Origin: Epiperipatus broadwayi
Taxonomy: Eukaryota; Animalia; Onychophora
Length of the DNA stretch: 64,000 bases
Assembly: GCA_028023455.1 (NCBI GenBank)
Contig: JAQFVV010000003.1
Span: 4,836,001-4,900,000, forward strand
Direction: 5' to 3'
Shown piece after piece: positions 63,568 through 64,000 of this stretch (position 1 is the first letter of the stretch; every line of letters begins with the position of its first letter). The position numbers and the translations under genes were made by a program. The notes under the pieces were generated by a model. That model worked only from the letters and a program-made list of their open reading frames with translations. It did no database searches and was not told the DNA's origin.

Positions 63568-63679
63568 GTAAGTTTTTAAAATCAAATACTTTCTTAAATA
63601 TATAGAATTAATAAAATTATATATATATGATAAACAAAACAAGTTACAAATTTCATAACTTGCTTTTAGCTTGCATTTT

Positions 63680-64000
63680 ATGATCACTAGATGGAGCTTT
63701 ACCAATATCTCCTAACAAGCTTTGTTTACATAAATACCGAGAGAGATAGAATTCAATATATTTCATTGTCTCCCACCTCCAGACCATGGTTTCAAGCTAG
63801 TTGGCTCACGTCATTAAAGGGTTGGAAGACTAGAAACTAGATCTAAATATTAACTCTAAAATTAGCATTTATCAAACATGTTTCTATCAGTTTGAAAGCA
63901 TGAAATTTCTCAGACACATAATGTCTTCAAATCGAGCTTAACAAACTAGATAGCTATATGGGTCTGAAATCAGTTCAGTTTCACCATATAGTAAAAGCCT
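63680..64000 (-). mobile_element. diverged relative of the 454-nt retrozyme-like unit, running off the window end
   Basis: Reverse complement GAAAC-CATG-GTC-TGGAGG at 63776-63793. Motif ATATGGGTCTGAA.TCA.TTCAG at ~63956 matches ~49793 at a similar distance from the GUC site. Confidence 0.55.

Overview
AT-rich, largely CpG-depleted eukaryotic DNA, probably from an invertebrate such as an arthropod (inference from the transposon families). It is almost entirely intergenic or intronic and built from nested transposon relics: RTE and other LINEs, hAT/Buster DNA transposons and MITEs, a tRNA-derived SINE, a decayed Gypsy element, a TRIM-like miniature LTR element and three Penelope-like elements (PLEs). 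There is one near-intact PLE RT + GIY-YIG reading frame (to 41055) and one plausible host exon (63143-63567). The most interesting signal is non-coding and RNA-level. (1) A 454-nt ORF-less unit carries a minimal type I hammerhead ribozyme and is inserted as three circularly permuted copies (one inverted, two tandem) with a 13-bp target-site duplication inside a hAT transposase, i.e. a retrozyme-like element; a diverged relative lies at the window end. (2) A PLE family has a pseudo-LTR with a tRNA-like Pol III promoter directly upstream of a decayed hammerhead. (3) At least six unrelated fold-back insertions, most with 9-16 bp TSDs, include a 4.4-kb hairpin. All calls were made by eye; no database search or folding program was run, and the boundaries of degenerate elements are approximate.
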